A DNA stretch of 64,000 bases from a virus. Shown piece after piece: positions 10,308 to 19,283 of the stretch. Within the stretch, counting starts at the first letter, position 1; every line of letters starts with the position of its first letter. Location of the stretch: the IMG/VR virus record IMGVR_UViG_3300025012_000003; one strand, 5' to 3'. A program made the translations under genes and the position numbers. The notes under the pieces are model-generated. The model had not been told where the DNA came from and did not search any database. It saw only the letters and a list, made by a program, of their open reading frames with translations.

Positions 10308-10670
10308 CTAACCCCTAACTGTTTCTATAACTGAAAATCTTTCAGTAAACCCTTTTATCTTAAAATAAATAAAAGCTTTATAAGCGTTATTATCTATATC
10401 TGTAACAACCTTAGACATGTTCATATCTAATAATACTCTATCATCCCAAAAAGTTATATTATTAACTATATCCTGAAAAAGTATTATAGCATTCGTATCA
10501 TCTATGATATCAAAAAGATAATCGTCCCTTTCAAATCCAAAATCTGGAAGATATAATACTTCTGTCTTTCTAGTTTTTATTATACTACTAATACTCTGAA
10601 TTACAGAATCTAGGTCTATAACTTCAGGTCTTTTATAAGAGTCATTAGTATTTATATCAGAGTATAACAT
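10308..10670 (-). CDS. Baseplate gp25/gpW-like protein
   Basis: MLYSDIN...SVIQSI..II.T...E....PDFG pattern. Confidence 0.85.
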   Translation of the reverse strand: MLYSDINTNDSYKRPEVIDLDSVIQSISSIIKTRKTEVLYLPDFGFERDDYLFDIIDDTNAIILFQDIVNNITFWDDRVLLDMNMSKVVTDIDNNAYKAFIYFKIKGFTERFSVIETVRG

Positions 10671-10710
10671 TTATCTTCTCTTTCATTAAACTTCTACATA
10701 TAATATAAAT

Positions 10711-11427
10711 CTATAGAGGAGGCGAAGTTGTACCACCTTGAGGGTCGCTATGCGTATGACTTTTTCCAGATTTACCACTAGAAATATTATCGTTAGCTGT
10801 AACAGTACCAACAACATTAACAACTCCGCCTATATTAACATCTCCTGATATATTAGTAGTGGTAGCTGTTATATTATATACAGTGGTTATTAAGTCGGTG
10901 GTTCCGTCGGGATTCATTCTCAGGATATTCCCAGAAGCTTGGAAAATATCTATTGTAGTATCTTGATGAATTTTAATATAATTTCCAGAAGGATGTAAAA
11001 ATTCCCAAGTTTGTTTTTGTTTGTTGATTCTAAAAGTGGTTCCCGTAGGGTCTACAAATCCATAGGAATGTGGGTAGTCTTCATCAAATGCAGTTGTTCT
11101 AGTTTCTAGGGAAGTAACTCCTCCTTTATAATATCCAAAGTAGGGGTCTGAGGTAGGATACTCTACAGTTACTTTAGTCCCAATATCAGGTACAGAAAAC
11201 ATTCCAGAGTTAGTGCTATTACCTAAAAATGAAGAAGGTCTTTGATTTATCCAAGGAAGGTCAACATCTGGGATGTACTCAGATGTTCCTACAAATCCAT
11301 GATACTGAGGAACTCTAACTCTAACCCTTCCTAATTTTAAAGGGTCATTGTTATCTGTTATGGTTCCCTCAAAGGAAGATGTCTTCCTATTCTTGTCCCT
11401 TAGCCATATCAGTGGTTTAGCTAACAT
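10711..11427 (-). CDS. Baseplate central spike (gp5 OB-fold / gpV-like)
   Basis: DPLKLGRVRVRVP, LPW, VPDIGTKV.V, C-terminal HTH (HxH) metal-binding tip. Confidence 0.9.
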   Translation of the reverse strand: MLAKPLIWLRDKNRKTSSFEGTITDNNDPLKLGRVRVRVPQYHGFVGTSEYIPDVDLPWINQRPSSFLGNSTNSGMFSVPDIGTKVTVEYPTSDPYFGYYKGGVTSLETRTTAFDEDYPHSYGFVDPTGTTFRINKQKQTWEFLHPSGNYIKIHQDTTIDIFQASGNILRMNPDGTTDLITTVYNITATTTNISGDVNIGGVVNVVGTVTANDNISSGKSGKSHTHSDPQGGTTSPPL

Positions 11428-11429
11428 CC

Positions 11430-13484
11430 CTAAATTACCTCCAAAGTAATTTTATTTGAAAATTTAACATTACTACGATATATTATATAGTCATAATACT
11501 TATTATTTATTTTTATACTCTTGTAATTAACTTTAAAACTTTTTTTGTCCACAATATCCTCATCAGGAAGATAAACTTTATAATCTTCCCCGTCGATTCT
11601 AACAATTCCTACTTCCATATAAGATGGATAAGCTATGTATATATATCCTTTAGGTACAAATATCTTATGTACATATCTTCTTATACTTTCATCACTATAC
11701 AGTTGTTTTAACTCGTCCTCATTAATATTAATATCATCGTAGGAACCCCAGTATCTTCTAAATACCGCTGAGTCTTGTTGATTTATTATAGCACCATTTA
11801 CGAGATAAGCTAATGTTTCTAATAAAAGATTATTTAAATCTGTATTGCCTGTCTCTACATTGTCTGTCAATTTATCTTGTACATACCATCCAAATGTACT
11901 AGAAGTGTACTCTGTAGCTTTTAAAGAGGTAGCTCCTATATTAGGTATAACCAAATAACCCATATCAATAAAACTATCATAAGTTCCAGAAGTCAGTTCT
12001 GTCATAATAGTACTATCCTCTGAGAGGTATACAGTTTCTCCCCTAGTAGATAAATACTCAAAGGTAGTTTTAAGTATATCGAATACTAAACTATCGGCAA
12101 TAGAACTTAGAACGTGCTCTAACTTAATCCAAATTCCATTATCATCAAATCCAAATAATGTGGAAGTTATGCTTTCTAGTTCTTGAGCAAGTATTCTTAT
12201 ATTTGGTAAATTTAATTTTAACCCCTTTAAAGTCAATAAGTTCTTTACTTGATTCATTATATCATTTATTTTAGCTATGGCTTGTGTATAATCATTATTC
12301 TCCTGTATTTCTAAAGACACGCTATTCACCTCCCTAGTGTAATCAATTAATTCATTAAAAGATTCTCTGGTAAGAACTAAATGAGTTTGAAAATTCTTAT
12401 TCTCTCCTATAGTTCTAACAACCTTAGATACCAAATACTTTCCAGAGTACAATCCCTCTGTTACATTAATATTACTTTCAGTACCTTCTAAGTACTCTAC
12501 TATATCTAAAACATGTAAATCTTCTATATACTTACCTATAAATGATACTGTTAATCTGGCAGTAGATAAATTAATTAGACTTGATATATTATGTAGATAA
12601 TTATCCCAATACCCAGAAAAAACATTGTCATTGGAAAAGAAATCATACCCGTCTTTTCTTTCCACATTAAAAGAATCCAAATCTGAGGTCATGGCTATAA
12701 TAGGAGATTGAGTAAACTTTACTTCTTGATAACCTCCTTTAATCATATCATAAACTCTATTTATTTTATTTTGAACCATACTATTAACAGCTCCAGCATC
12801 GTTAGTTACTTCTGGCTTACCATTTATCTGTATGTCATTTGAGTTAGTTGCAGGTCTATTACTTAGTCTATATTTAGGTTTACTCTTTACTTGAGTATCA
12901 GAATTAAATAACCTAAAGGCTCCGTTCTTAGTAATAGCTACAAGAGGAATAGCTTTATTAGATAATCCCATTCTGTACCATATATCAGTTATAAACTCTC
13001 TATAACTTTTTCTACAGCATAACCATTTTTGTAACCCAGAATCTTCTCCGTCTATATTTGTTTCAAAAGTAAAAAACCTAGACACTACCTGTCTTATAGC
13101 TCCAAATCCAGACACTTCCGTATTTGAATCAGAAGTAACAGATTCTGTATGACTTCCTTTCATATACCCTAAAGCATCATAGAATCCAGATATCTCTATG
13201 TAGAATCTATTTTGTCCATAGTTTTGTAAATCTTTTTTAAATATTCTAAGAGGTATAGAAACTTTATCCTCATCAGAACTTCCTATAGTTATCCTTATAA
13301 CATTATTTTCTATTAAATAACTTCTTAATTCTGGCAGAGAAAAACGAAATTTCAAATCAAAACTAGGAAGAGTATTCCCCGCTTCCTCTATTAAAGTGAA
13401 TTCTACGAGGTCTCGAGATTCTATAAAATCTTTATAGTTTCCTACCTCCATGTCGAAAATATAGGAACCTTCTATTTTTATCAT
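11430..13484 (-). CDS. Baseplate hub protein (gp27/gpD-like) with C-terminal extension
   Basis: Between gp53-like and spike genes; YSGKYLVSKVVRTI motif typical of hub proteins. Confidence 0.65.
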   Translation of the reverse strand: MIKIEGSYIFDMEVGNYKDFIESRDLVEFTLIEEAGNTLPSFDLKFRFSLPELRSYLIENNVIRITIGSSDEDKVSIPLRIFKKDLQNYGQNRFYIEISGFYDALGYMKGSHTESVTSDSNTEVSGFGAIRQVVSRFFTFETNIDGEDSGLQKWLCCRKSYREFITDIWYRMGLSNKAIPLVAITKNGAFRLFNSDTQVKSKPKYRLSNRPATNSNDIQINGKPEVTNDAGAVNSMVQNKINRVYDMIKGGYQEVKFTQSPIIAMTSDLDSFNVERKDGYDFFSNDNVFSGYWDNYLHNISSLINLSTARLTVSFIGKYIEDLHVLDIVEYLEGTESNINVTEGLYSGKYLVSKVVRTIGENKNFQTHLVLTRESFNELIDYTREVNSVSLEIQENNDYTQAIAKINDIMNQVKNLLTLKGLKLNLPNIRILAQELESITSTLFGFDDNGIWIKLEHVLSSIADSLVFDILKTTFEYLSTRGETVYLSEDSTIMTELTSGTYDSFIDMGYLVIPNIGATSLKATEYTSSTFGWYVQDKLTDNVETGNTDLNNLLLETLAYLVNGAIINQQDSAVFRRYWGSYDDININEDELKQLYSDESIRRYVHKIFVPKGYIYIAYPSYMEVGIVRIDGEDYKVYLPDEDIVDKKSFKVNYKSIKINNKYYDYIIYRSNVKFSNKITLEVI

Positions 13485-13492
13485 AACTTATC

Positions 13493-13825
13493 CTACTGAA
13501 GACTTTTTAAACTATAATACAAAGATTCTAAATCTGATACACTAAAATAATTTAACAATCTTCCTGTTTTTAATTCAGATAAATCTAATATATCATTGTA
13601 TAACATTATTAAATGGGTGTATATAACAGTATCATATATTTTATATGATATTAAATCGGGTCTTTCTTCTTCTACCGTTATAGTAAAAACTCCTTTTACT
13701 GAGAGATTCTTAAAATTTTCTAAAAAATAAGAATCCAATACATCAAAGTTATCTTCTTTCCAAGGAAGAAGTTTCCCCAAATCATATCTTTCTTTACTTA
13801 TATATTCTGGATTAACAAAAAACAT
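13493..13825 (-). CDS. Baseplate gp53-like (LysM-type) protein
   Basis: EERPDLISYKIY....LIMLYN motif. Confidence 0.85.
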   Translation of the reverse strand: MFFVNPEYISKERYDLGKLLPWKEDNFDVLDSYFLENFKNLSVKGVFTITVEEERPDLISYKIYDTVIYTHLIMLYNDILDLSELKTGRLLNYFSVSDLESLYYSLKSLQ

Positions 13826-14508
13826 TATTGTATCTCCATATTGGGTGTTTGTAAAAACATAGACTGCATCTCATCATAGTATGGAAGTCTTGTAGGACTT
13901 AAAGTAACTGTAATCTTAGTCCAATAAGGTTGACCATCTGGAGTAAGGGTAGTGGAGTACTCAGGTCTAAATCCTTTAATTAAAAGATTCATAGCTCTGA
14001 ACCATTGACCTATAGTTAATATTACAGTTCCTTTCATGGGTTTTCTGTTGATACCTATATTATTACCATACTGAGCTAAGTTGACGGGTTGATATCCCCA
14101 ATGATACTTTACAGCTACTGGTACTCCCAACATAGGAGAGTTTTCTGGATAAATAGCTTGATACAATTTATTAACTATCTCAGTTGGTTTAATAGTACTG
14201 TTAGTTGCTATGATATAAAAACTTAGGTTAAATACTGGAATGTTAGCACCCGTCCATTGTTGGGTAGTATCTAAATGGTTTAAAATCTGTATATCACTAC
14301 CAAGCCTAGCTAACCACTGATTAGCCTTAGTAGAGTACTCTCTCCCAAATAATTGGTCAGACCAATTAGCCTCATTCTGAAAATCAAAAGGTCCCTCAAG
14401 ATATCCCAAAATAACATTACCTTGGTCTGGTTCTCCCCCAGTTTGTTTGGGTAATATTAATTTTACTTTTAACCTATCATCATTTATAACTCTATCAAAA
14501 ATATTCAT
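13825..14508 (-). CDS. Tail tube initiator / baseplate-tube junction protein (gp48-like)
   Basis: Position after the tape measure; tube-like beta pattern ending G.PYWTKITVTL. Confidence 0.55.
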   Translation of the reverse strand: MNIFDRVINDDRLKVKLILPKQTGGEPDQGNVILGYLEGPFDFQNEANWSDQLFGREYSTKANQWLARLGSDIQILNHLDTTQQWTGANIPVFNLSFYIIATNSTIKPTEIVNKLYQAIYPENSPMLGVPVAVKYHWGYQPVNLAQYGNNIGINRKPMKGTVILTIGQWFRAMNLLIKGFRPEYSTTLTPDGQPYWTKITVTLSPTRLPYYDEMQSMFLQTPNMEIQ

Positions 14509-16682
14509 TATGCTATGTCTCCGTAATCTATATGATGATTAAGTAATTCGTTATCAGATTTTAATTTTCTATCTGATTTTTCTTTTGATGGCTGAGGGAT
14601 AGGTATCATTTGAGCTTTATTATCTGCAATGTTTCCTACTGGCTGGGACATAGATTTTTGTTCGGGCATAGTAGCCACCTCATTACCTATATTAGAAAAC
14701 TCAGCGGGATTCTTTACCCACTTATTTTGTCCTCCGACATTATAAGTTAGTACATCAGATGCGTTTAAATTTTTCATTTCCCCCGTAGTTTTATCTGAGG
14801 CTAGAACTTTATAATTTCCTTCTTTATCTTGGGTTATATTTTTGATATTATATTTATTTTTAAAGTTATCATAGTTAGTTGTATCCACTACTCCCCCCTT
14901 ATTTGCTAAGGCTAACTTAGTAGTATCTACATTACTAGCATCTTTCATGAACTTCTGTTGTTGCTCCCAAATAGAAGGAGTTCCTACAGCAGATATCTTA
15001 TTACCAACACTTTTATTATATTGTTCCGTTGCTTTAATTGGGTCTATGATGTTCCCCTTTGTATCTCTAACTTTTCTATGAACAACAGATTGTCCTTGTC
15101 CTACTCCTCTAACTCTTCCCGTGGTTCCAGAACTTCCTAGAACTCCCCCCACGGGAACCACGTCCCCCACTTTTAAATTGGTGCCACTTAAATGTGCTAC
15201 AGATTCTGTAGTCCCTTTAGGATTTTTCACTTTTACAAACTTACCTGATATTCCCTTTCCCAGAGAATCTACAGAAACCACTGTTCCTCCTCCAAGTGCC
15301 GACTTTACTGGAGTTCCGTAGGGTTGAGCTACATCGATAGCACCATGTTTTATGGGTTTACCACTTTTATCATAGCCTCTAATGCTACTAAAAGTATCTG
15401 TAAGAGAAGAACCTTTAGGAAAAATATTTTTTAAGGATTGAAAAAGACCTTTACCTATTCCAGTATACTCTCCTTCTACTTGTTTTGGGGTCTTCCCTTC
15501 TCTTTTAGCCATTGCATCTATGCCTTTACTAGCACTATTGGTAGCATTTCCTAGAGCTATCCCTCCTCCTACCACTAAGGCTCCTCCTGCTAAATACGGA
15601 AGTAAGGGGGCTAAAGCTCCCGCTGCTGCTGTTAGTTTTGGTAAATCCGAAGCAGGATTGAAATTTTTTACTATATCCCCAACTCCCTTACCCATCATTT
15701 CCGAAGCAGAAAAAACAGCAGGACTAGCTCCTCTGAGCATAGGATTCTCTGCCATACCCAAAGCAGCGGTCTTTCCTGTCATAACAACTGCAAAATCTGC
15801 TAAGTCTGCTGTAGTTTTTTTAAGTTCCCTAGCTAAATGGGATACGGCTCCGTTTTCGTCGCCCTTACCTTTTCCTTTACCTCCTTGGTCAGATTGGTCT
15901 TCTAAGAAACCTTCTATCTTATCGTTACTTCTTTGATTTTCCGTAAGAAGTTTAACTACTTCTTCTAAAGATACATTAGCTTCCTGAAGTTCATTATCTA
16001 ATTTCTTATAAGGTGCAAAAGTAGCAGTCTTGAAATCCTTCTCATTTTCTGCATAATATTCAAGATTCTTATCTAACTCTACTAATATATTAACTATTTT
16101 CTCGTCATTAAGTTTACCTGATTTTAAAGTGTTATCCAATAATTCTTTCAATTGTTTACTTAGTGCTAAGTCTTCATCAGAATAATCTTTTAAGAAACTA
16201 AATAAATCCATTTTAAAATCATTACTTACTTTCTCATCTTTAACTATTTTCTTAAAATTATTCAATATATCTTTTATAGGAACTCCTATCTGTTCTTGAC
16301 TATCGGATAAAGCATCCTTCATAGTTTGTACAAACTTAGCAAGTTCTTTTTTCTCGTCTAATTGTAATCTTTGTCCAGCCACATATCTATCTAAAGTTTT
16401 TTTAAAGTTTCCATCAATCTTAGTCATTAAGTCTATTAATTTTAAAAAACCTTTGTCATCATTTAAACTTTCTTCTCTTCCTTTTTTACTGGAAACTTTA
16501 TCCTTATTATAAGAATCCTCTAAAAGTTTATAATAAAGAACCATCTGTTTTACAAGTTTATCCAATTTATCATTAGTAGCTTTTTCCCTTTGCTCCATAC
16601 CAGAAAACATCTTCTTCATAGAAGATGTTAAATCCAAAAAAGGATTATTTTTTATTGGTTCTTTTGGGTCATTCGTAGCCAT
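14508..16682 (-). CDS. Tape measure protein with M23 peptidase domain
   Basis: Coiled-coil N-terminus, Gly/Ala hydrophobic middle, HGAID...GTPV...AHL...VGDVV...G.SG.TG M23 motifs. Confidence 0.78.
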   Translation of the reverse strand: MATNDPKEPIKNNPFLDLTSSMKKMFSGMEQREKATNDKLDKLVKQMVLYYKLLEDSYNKDKVSSKKGREESLNDDKGFLKLIDLMTKIDGNFKKTLDRYVAGQRLQLDEKKELAKFVQTMKDALSDSQEQIGVPIKDILNNFKKIVKDEKVSNDFKMDLFSFLKDYSDEDLALSKQLKELLDNTLKSGKLNDEKIVNILVELDKNLEYYAENEKDFKTATFAPYKKLDNELQEANVSLEEVVKLLTENQRSNDKIEGFLEDQSDQGGKGKGKGDENGAVSHLARELKKTTADLADFAVVMTGKTAALGMAENPMLRGASPAVFSASEMMGKGVGDIVKNFNPASDLPKLTAAAGALAPLLPYLAGGALVVGGGIALGNATNSASKGIDAMAKREGKTPKQVEGEYTGIGKGLFQSLKNIFPKGSSLTDTFSSIRGYDKSGKPIKHGAIDVAQPYGTPVKSALGGGTVVSVDSLGKGISGKFVKVKNPKGTTESVAHLSGTNLKVGDVVPVGGVLGSSGTTGRVRGVGQGQSVVHRKVRDTKGNIIDPIKATEQYNKSVGNKISAVGTPSIWEQQQKFMKDASNVDTTKLALANKGGVVDTTNYDNFKNKYNIKNITQDKEGNYKVLASDKTTGEMKNLNASDVLTYNVGGQNKWVKNPAEFSNIGNEVATMPEQKSMSQPVGNIADNKAQMIPIPQPSKEKSDRKLKSDNELLNHHIDYGDIA

Positions 16683-16688
16683 AATTAT

Positions 16689-16814
16689 TTATTTTTTCTT
16701 TTCTTTTACTAAAGATTCCCACATGTATAGTATTTCCGAGTAAGGTATATCCATGATATTTACAATATCAGCTACTTCATTTCTAGCCAAATGATATTTC
16801 ATTTCTAATATCAT
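16689..16814 (-). CDS. Small gp51-like tail assembly protein, possible frameshift extension of the upstream chaperone; not in the ORF track
   Basis: 41 aa MILEMKYHLARNEVADIVNIMDIPYSEILYMWESLVKEKKK in the +1 frame, overlapping the upstream gene end. Confidence 0.6.
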   Translation of the reverse strand: MILEMKYHLARNEVADIVNIMDIPYSEILYMWESLVKEKKK

Positions 16815-17508
16815 ATTCCTGTCCACGAAAGGGTCTGGTTATTTCTGCCTCCGCATAATTCGCAGGATTAACAAGATACTCAAAATCACAATCAGAACAT
16901 TTGAATGGTATCTTTGATAATCCATGATAAAGTAATTTATTAATATATTCTACTTTTTCTATGTCGTCTCCAACTAAACTATATATTAAATTGTAAGCTT
17001 CCCCAAAAGGTAAATTATCAACATGTTTAGCAAAAACATAGATAACATCTTTAACCTTATCCAATTTTAGTATATCTAAATAATCCCTAATAGTTAGAAA
17101 CTTAAAAGAAACTTCTACTTCTTTTATTCTAATTCTTATAGGCATCTTGGGTACTTCTGTATCTTCAAAATCCATATCTTTAAGTTCTAGTGTTCTTGAA
17201 TTTTTCAAATCACAGTTAGGACAAAAAGCTTGCATCTGAAACAAAGGAGTTCCTAAACTAGCTATCTTCCTTAACCACCCAATATAAACAACATCGTAGA
17301 AAGTCAATTCATTTTTATCCATTCCAGTAGACCTAACACCCTGTAACAGATATTCGTATAATTGTACAGCATCCATATTAGAGTTATTTATCTTTTGTAA
17401 ATCCCCAAGAGTATAAGGATTATAATAAATCCTAGTAGCCTCTGGATAAGATAGTTTCTTAGAAGGGAGATTTTTAATCTCGACCTCTGGTAAAAATTTG
17501 TTTTCCAT
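16783..17508 (-). CDS. Tail assembly chaperone (T4 gp26-like)
   Basis: LPS..L.YP, two CxxC pairs, position upstream of the tape measure. Confidence 0.75.
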   Translation of the reverse strand: MENKFLPEVEIKNLPSKKLSYPEATRIYYNPYTLGDLQKINNSNMDAVQLYEYLLQGVRSTGMDKNELTFYDVVYIGWLRKIASLGTPLFQMQAFCPNCDLKNSRTLELKDMDFEDTEVPKMPIRIRIKEVEVSFKFLTIRDYLDILKLDKVKDVIYVFAKHVDNLPFGEAYNLIYSLVGDDIEKVEYINKLLYHGLSKIPFKCSDCDFEYLVNPANYAEAEITRPFRGQEYDIRNEISFG

Positions 17509-17524
17509 CCAACAACCTCTCCTG

Positions 17525-18193
17525 TTATCCTAAGTAATCAATTACTAAAAAATTTACTGTCAGCTCCCTAGCAGATGAATCCCTAGAGGACATTTCTATC
17601 TTAACATCCCCTCTAGGAATAACTTTGTATTTAGTTTCTAATACAATATTTCGTTCAAAATTTAATTTATATATCGATAAATCTCTGTAAGAATCCTCTA
17701 AATAATTACAAGTAACTCCATCGTGTGTTTCTAAAAACCAAGCACGTAATGATTTTTCTATAATACATTCTTCTGTATCGTATATCGTCATGCTAATTTC
17801 TGGTATTCCTTTCTGTGAAGGAATCCTGAAATTATTATAATTAGGTAACGCTATATCTTGAGTGGCTATCTCTGGTAGGTTTTCCGTAACGGTACTAGCA
17901 GGTATAATATAATTATCTAAGGGACTATTTATGCCCCCCTGAAGTCTTACCATAAATAGATATTTCGCACCCCACGTAATATCAAAAACAGTAGACAGGT
18001 CGTCCCTTGAAGAATTATTAATAACTCCAGAACTGAGAAGTCTTTGAATATCTCCCACTTTATCTGATAAGGCTCCTAGGGAAGATATTTTTCCTAAGCT
18101 AGTCTTAGCGTTTTGTATTCCTTCCCTAGCCACAGAATCTGCTGTTTGTTGTACAGCTCCCGTCAATAGTTTAGGAGTATATTTATCAACCAT
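17525..18193 (-). CDS. Tail tube-like baseplate protein (gp54-like)
   Basis: Tube-fold pattern: YLFMV, ISMTIYD, W, L.IYKL, ELTVNF. Confidence 0.6.
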   Translation of the reverse strand: MVDKYTPKLLTGAVQQTADSVAREGIQNAKTSLGKISSLGALSDKVGDIQRLLSSGVINNSSRDDLSTVFDITWGAKYLFMVRLQGGINSPLDNYIIPASTVTENLPEIATQDIALPNYNNFRIPSQKGIPEISMTIYDTEECIIEKSLRAWFLETHDGVTCNYLEDSYRDLSIYKLNFERNIVLETKYKVIPRGDVKIEMSSRDSSARELTVNFLVIDYLG

Positions 18194-18254
18194 AATTAAA
18201 TCCTACCTCATTCCTATTTATAATATAAATTATCCGAGGGTAGGATTTTTAAAT

Positions 18255-18629
18255 TTAAACTCTGTATATAGCTAGAATACGTTCTATGGAAGGGTCGCTT
18301 TTAGCTAAAGCACTAGCTTCATTAACACAAGTAGCATAAATGAATTTCTTAGATTGAGCAAAACCTTTAATCTTACAGTCTATTCTATATTGATAATAGT
18401 TATCTCCATAAGGATTACTATTATTAGATATTTCTTTATTTTCTATAAGGGAGTAAGTTACTGAAGGAGTATTAAACATAACCCAAATAACAAAACCTAT
18501 CATAGCAAATATTAAAAGGGTAACAGGATTCATTATCATAACTAATAAAACACCTATAACAAGAGTTCCTATCAATATGTTAGATAGGAAATTATCTTCT
18601 TTAGTTTCATATCTTTCTAAATTAATCAT
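18255..18629 (-). CDS. Membrane protein inserted in the tail module (moron-like)
   Basis: Two adjacent hydrophobic helices; own promoter. Confidence 0.65.
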   Translation of the reverse strand: MINLERYETKEDNFLSNILIGTLVIGVLLVMIMNPVTLLIFAMIGFVIWVMFNTPSVTYSLIENKEISNNSNPYGDNYYQYRIDCKIKGFAQSKKFIYATCVNEASALAKSDPSIERILAIYRV

Positions 18630-18662
18630 ATTCTTGTTCCTTTATCTTAACCTTATACTATT

Positions 18663-18699
18663 AGTATAATATAAAAGAGGGTTGCTGTCAACCCCCTTT
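18663..18699 (-). promoter_or_regulatory. Terminator hairpin overlapping a sigma70 promoter
   Basis: GGGGGTTG-ACAG-CAACCCTC-TTTT hairpin contains TTGACA; N17; TATACT. Confidence 0.75.
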
Positions 18700-18726
18700 A
18701 AACGTATTATGAATTTTTGTAACGAA

Positions 18727-19263
18727 TTATACTTTCTGACCGTCTGCTAAGAAATAATCGAACCTCAAAGTAATCTCTGGATTTATTGTTTGGTTAGCAT
18801 CTCCCGCAGGACTACCTATTGTATGAGATTGCATCCAACAATTTTTAAGAGTGTATTCAAATATTTTAGCATTCTCACTAGCTAAAGGTCTAAGTACTAT
18901 AGTGGGACAAACATACTCAGGTTTTCTTTTTTGAGTACCAGCCCCTGGTTTCCAAAGTAACTCTCCCCAATCCCTAATGAATCTTTCAATAATACCATTA
19001 TCACTTTCTACGAATGTTAAAGTGATTGGGTCATAAGTTCTTAACCCAGCTTGGTATACTTTGTGCCCATGAATACCCACTTCTATTTCTTCGTTAGAAA
19101 ATTTAGGATATTCTGAGGAAAGAGCACGAGCGTTTAAAGAATCGCTATTGTAGTTTCCAGCATTAGCTATAGCTGATGGAAGAGTAGGAATAATTACCTC
19201 CCAACGATAAAGGACAGCAAAATCCTGATTGTTTATAATTTGAATTATGTCTGGTCTAGTCAT
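18727..19263 (-). CDS. Tail tube protein (T4 gp19-like)
   Basis: YRWEV, EEIEV..HG.KV..AG.R.YDPITLTF.E motifs; follows the sheath gene. Confidence 0.9.
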   Translation of the reverse strand: MTRPDIIQIINNQDFAVLYRWEVIIPTLPSAIANAGNYNSDSLNARALSSEYPKFSNEEIEVGIHGHKVYQAGLRTYDPITLTFVESDNGIIERFIRDWGELLWKPGAGTQKRKPEYVCPTIVLRPLASENAKIFEYTLKNCWMQSHTIGSPAGDANQTINPEITLRFDYFLADGQKV

Positions 19264-19283
19264 CTAAAAGACTCCTATCTATA

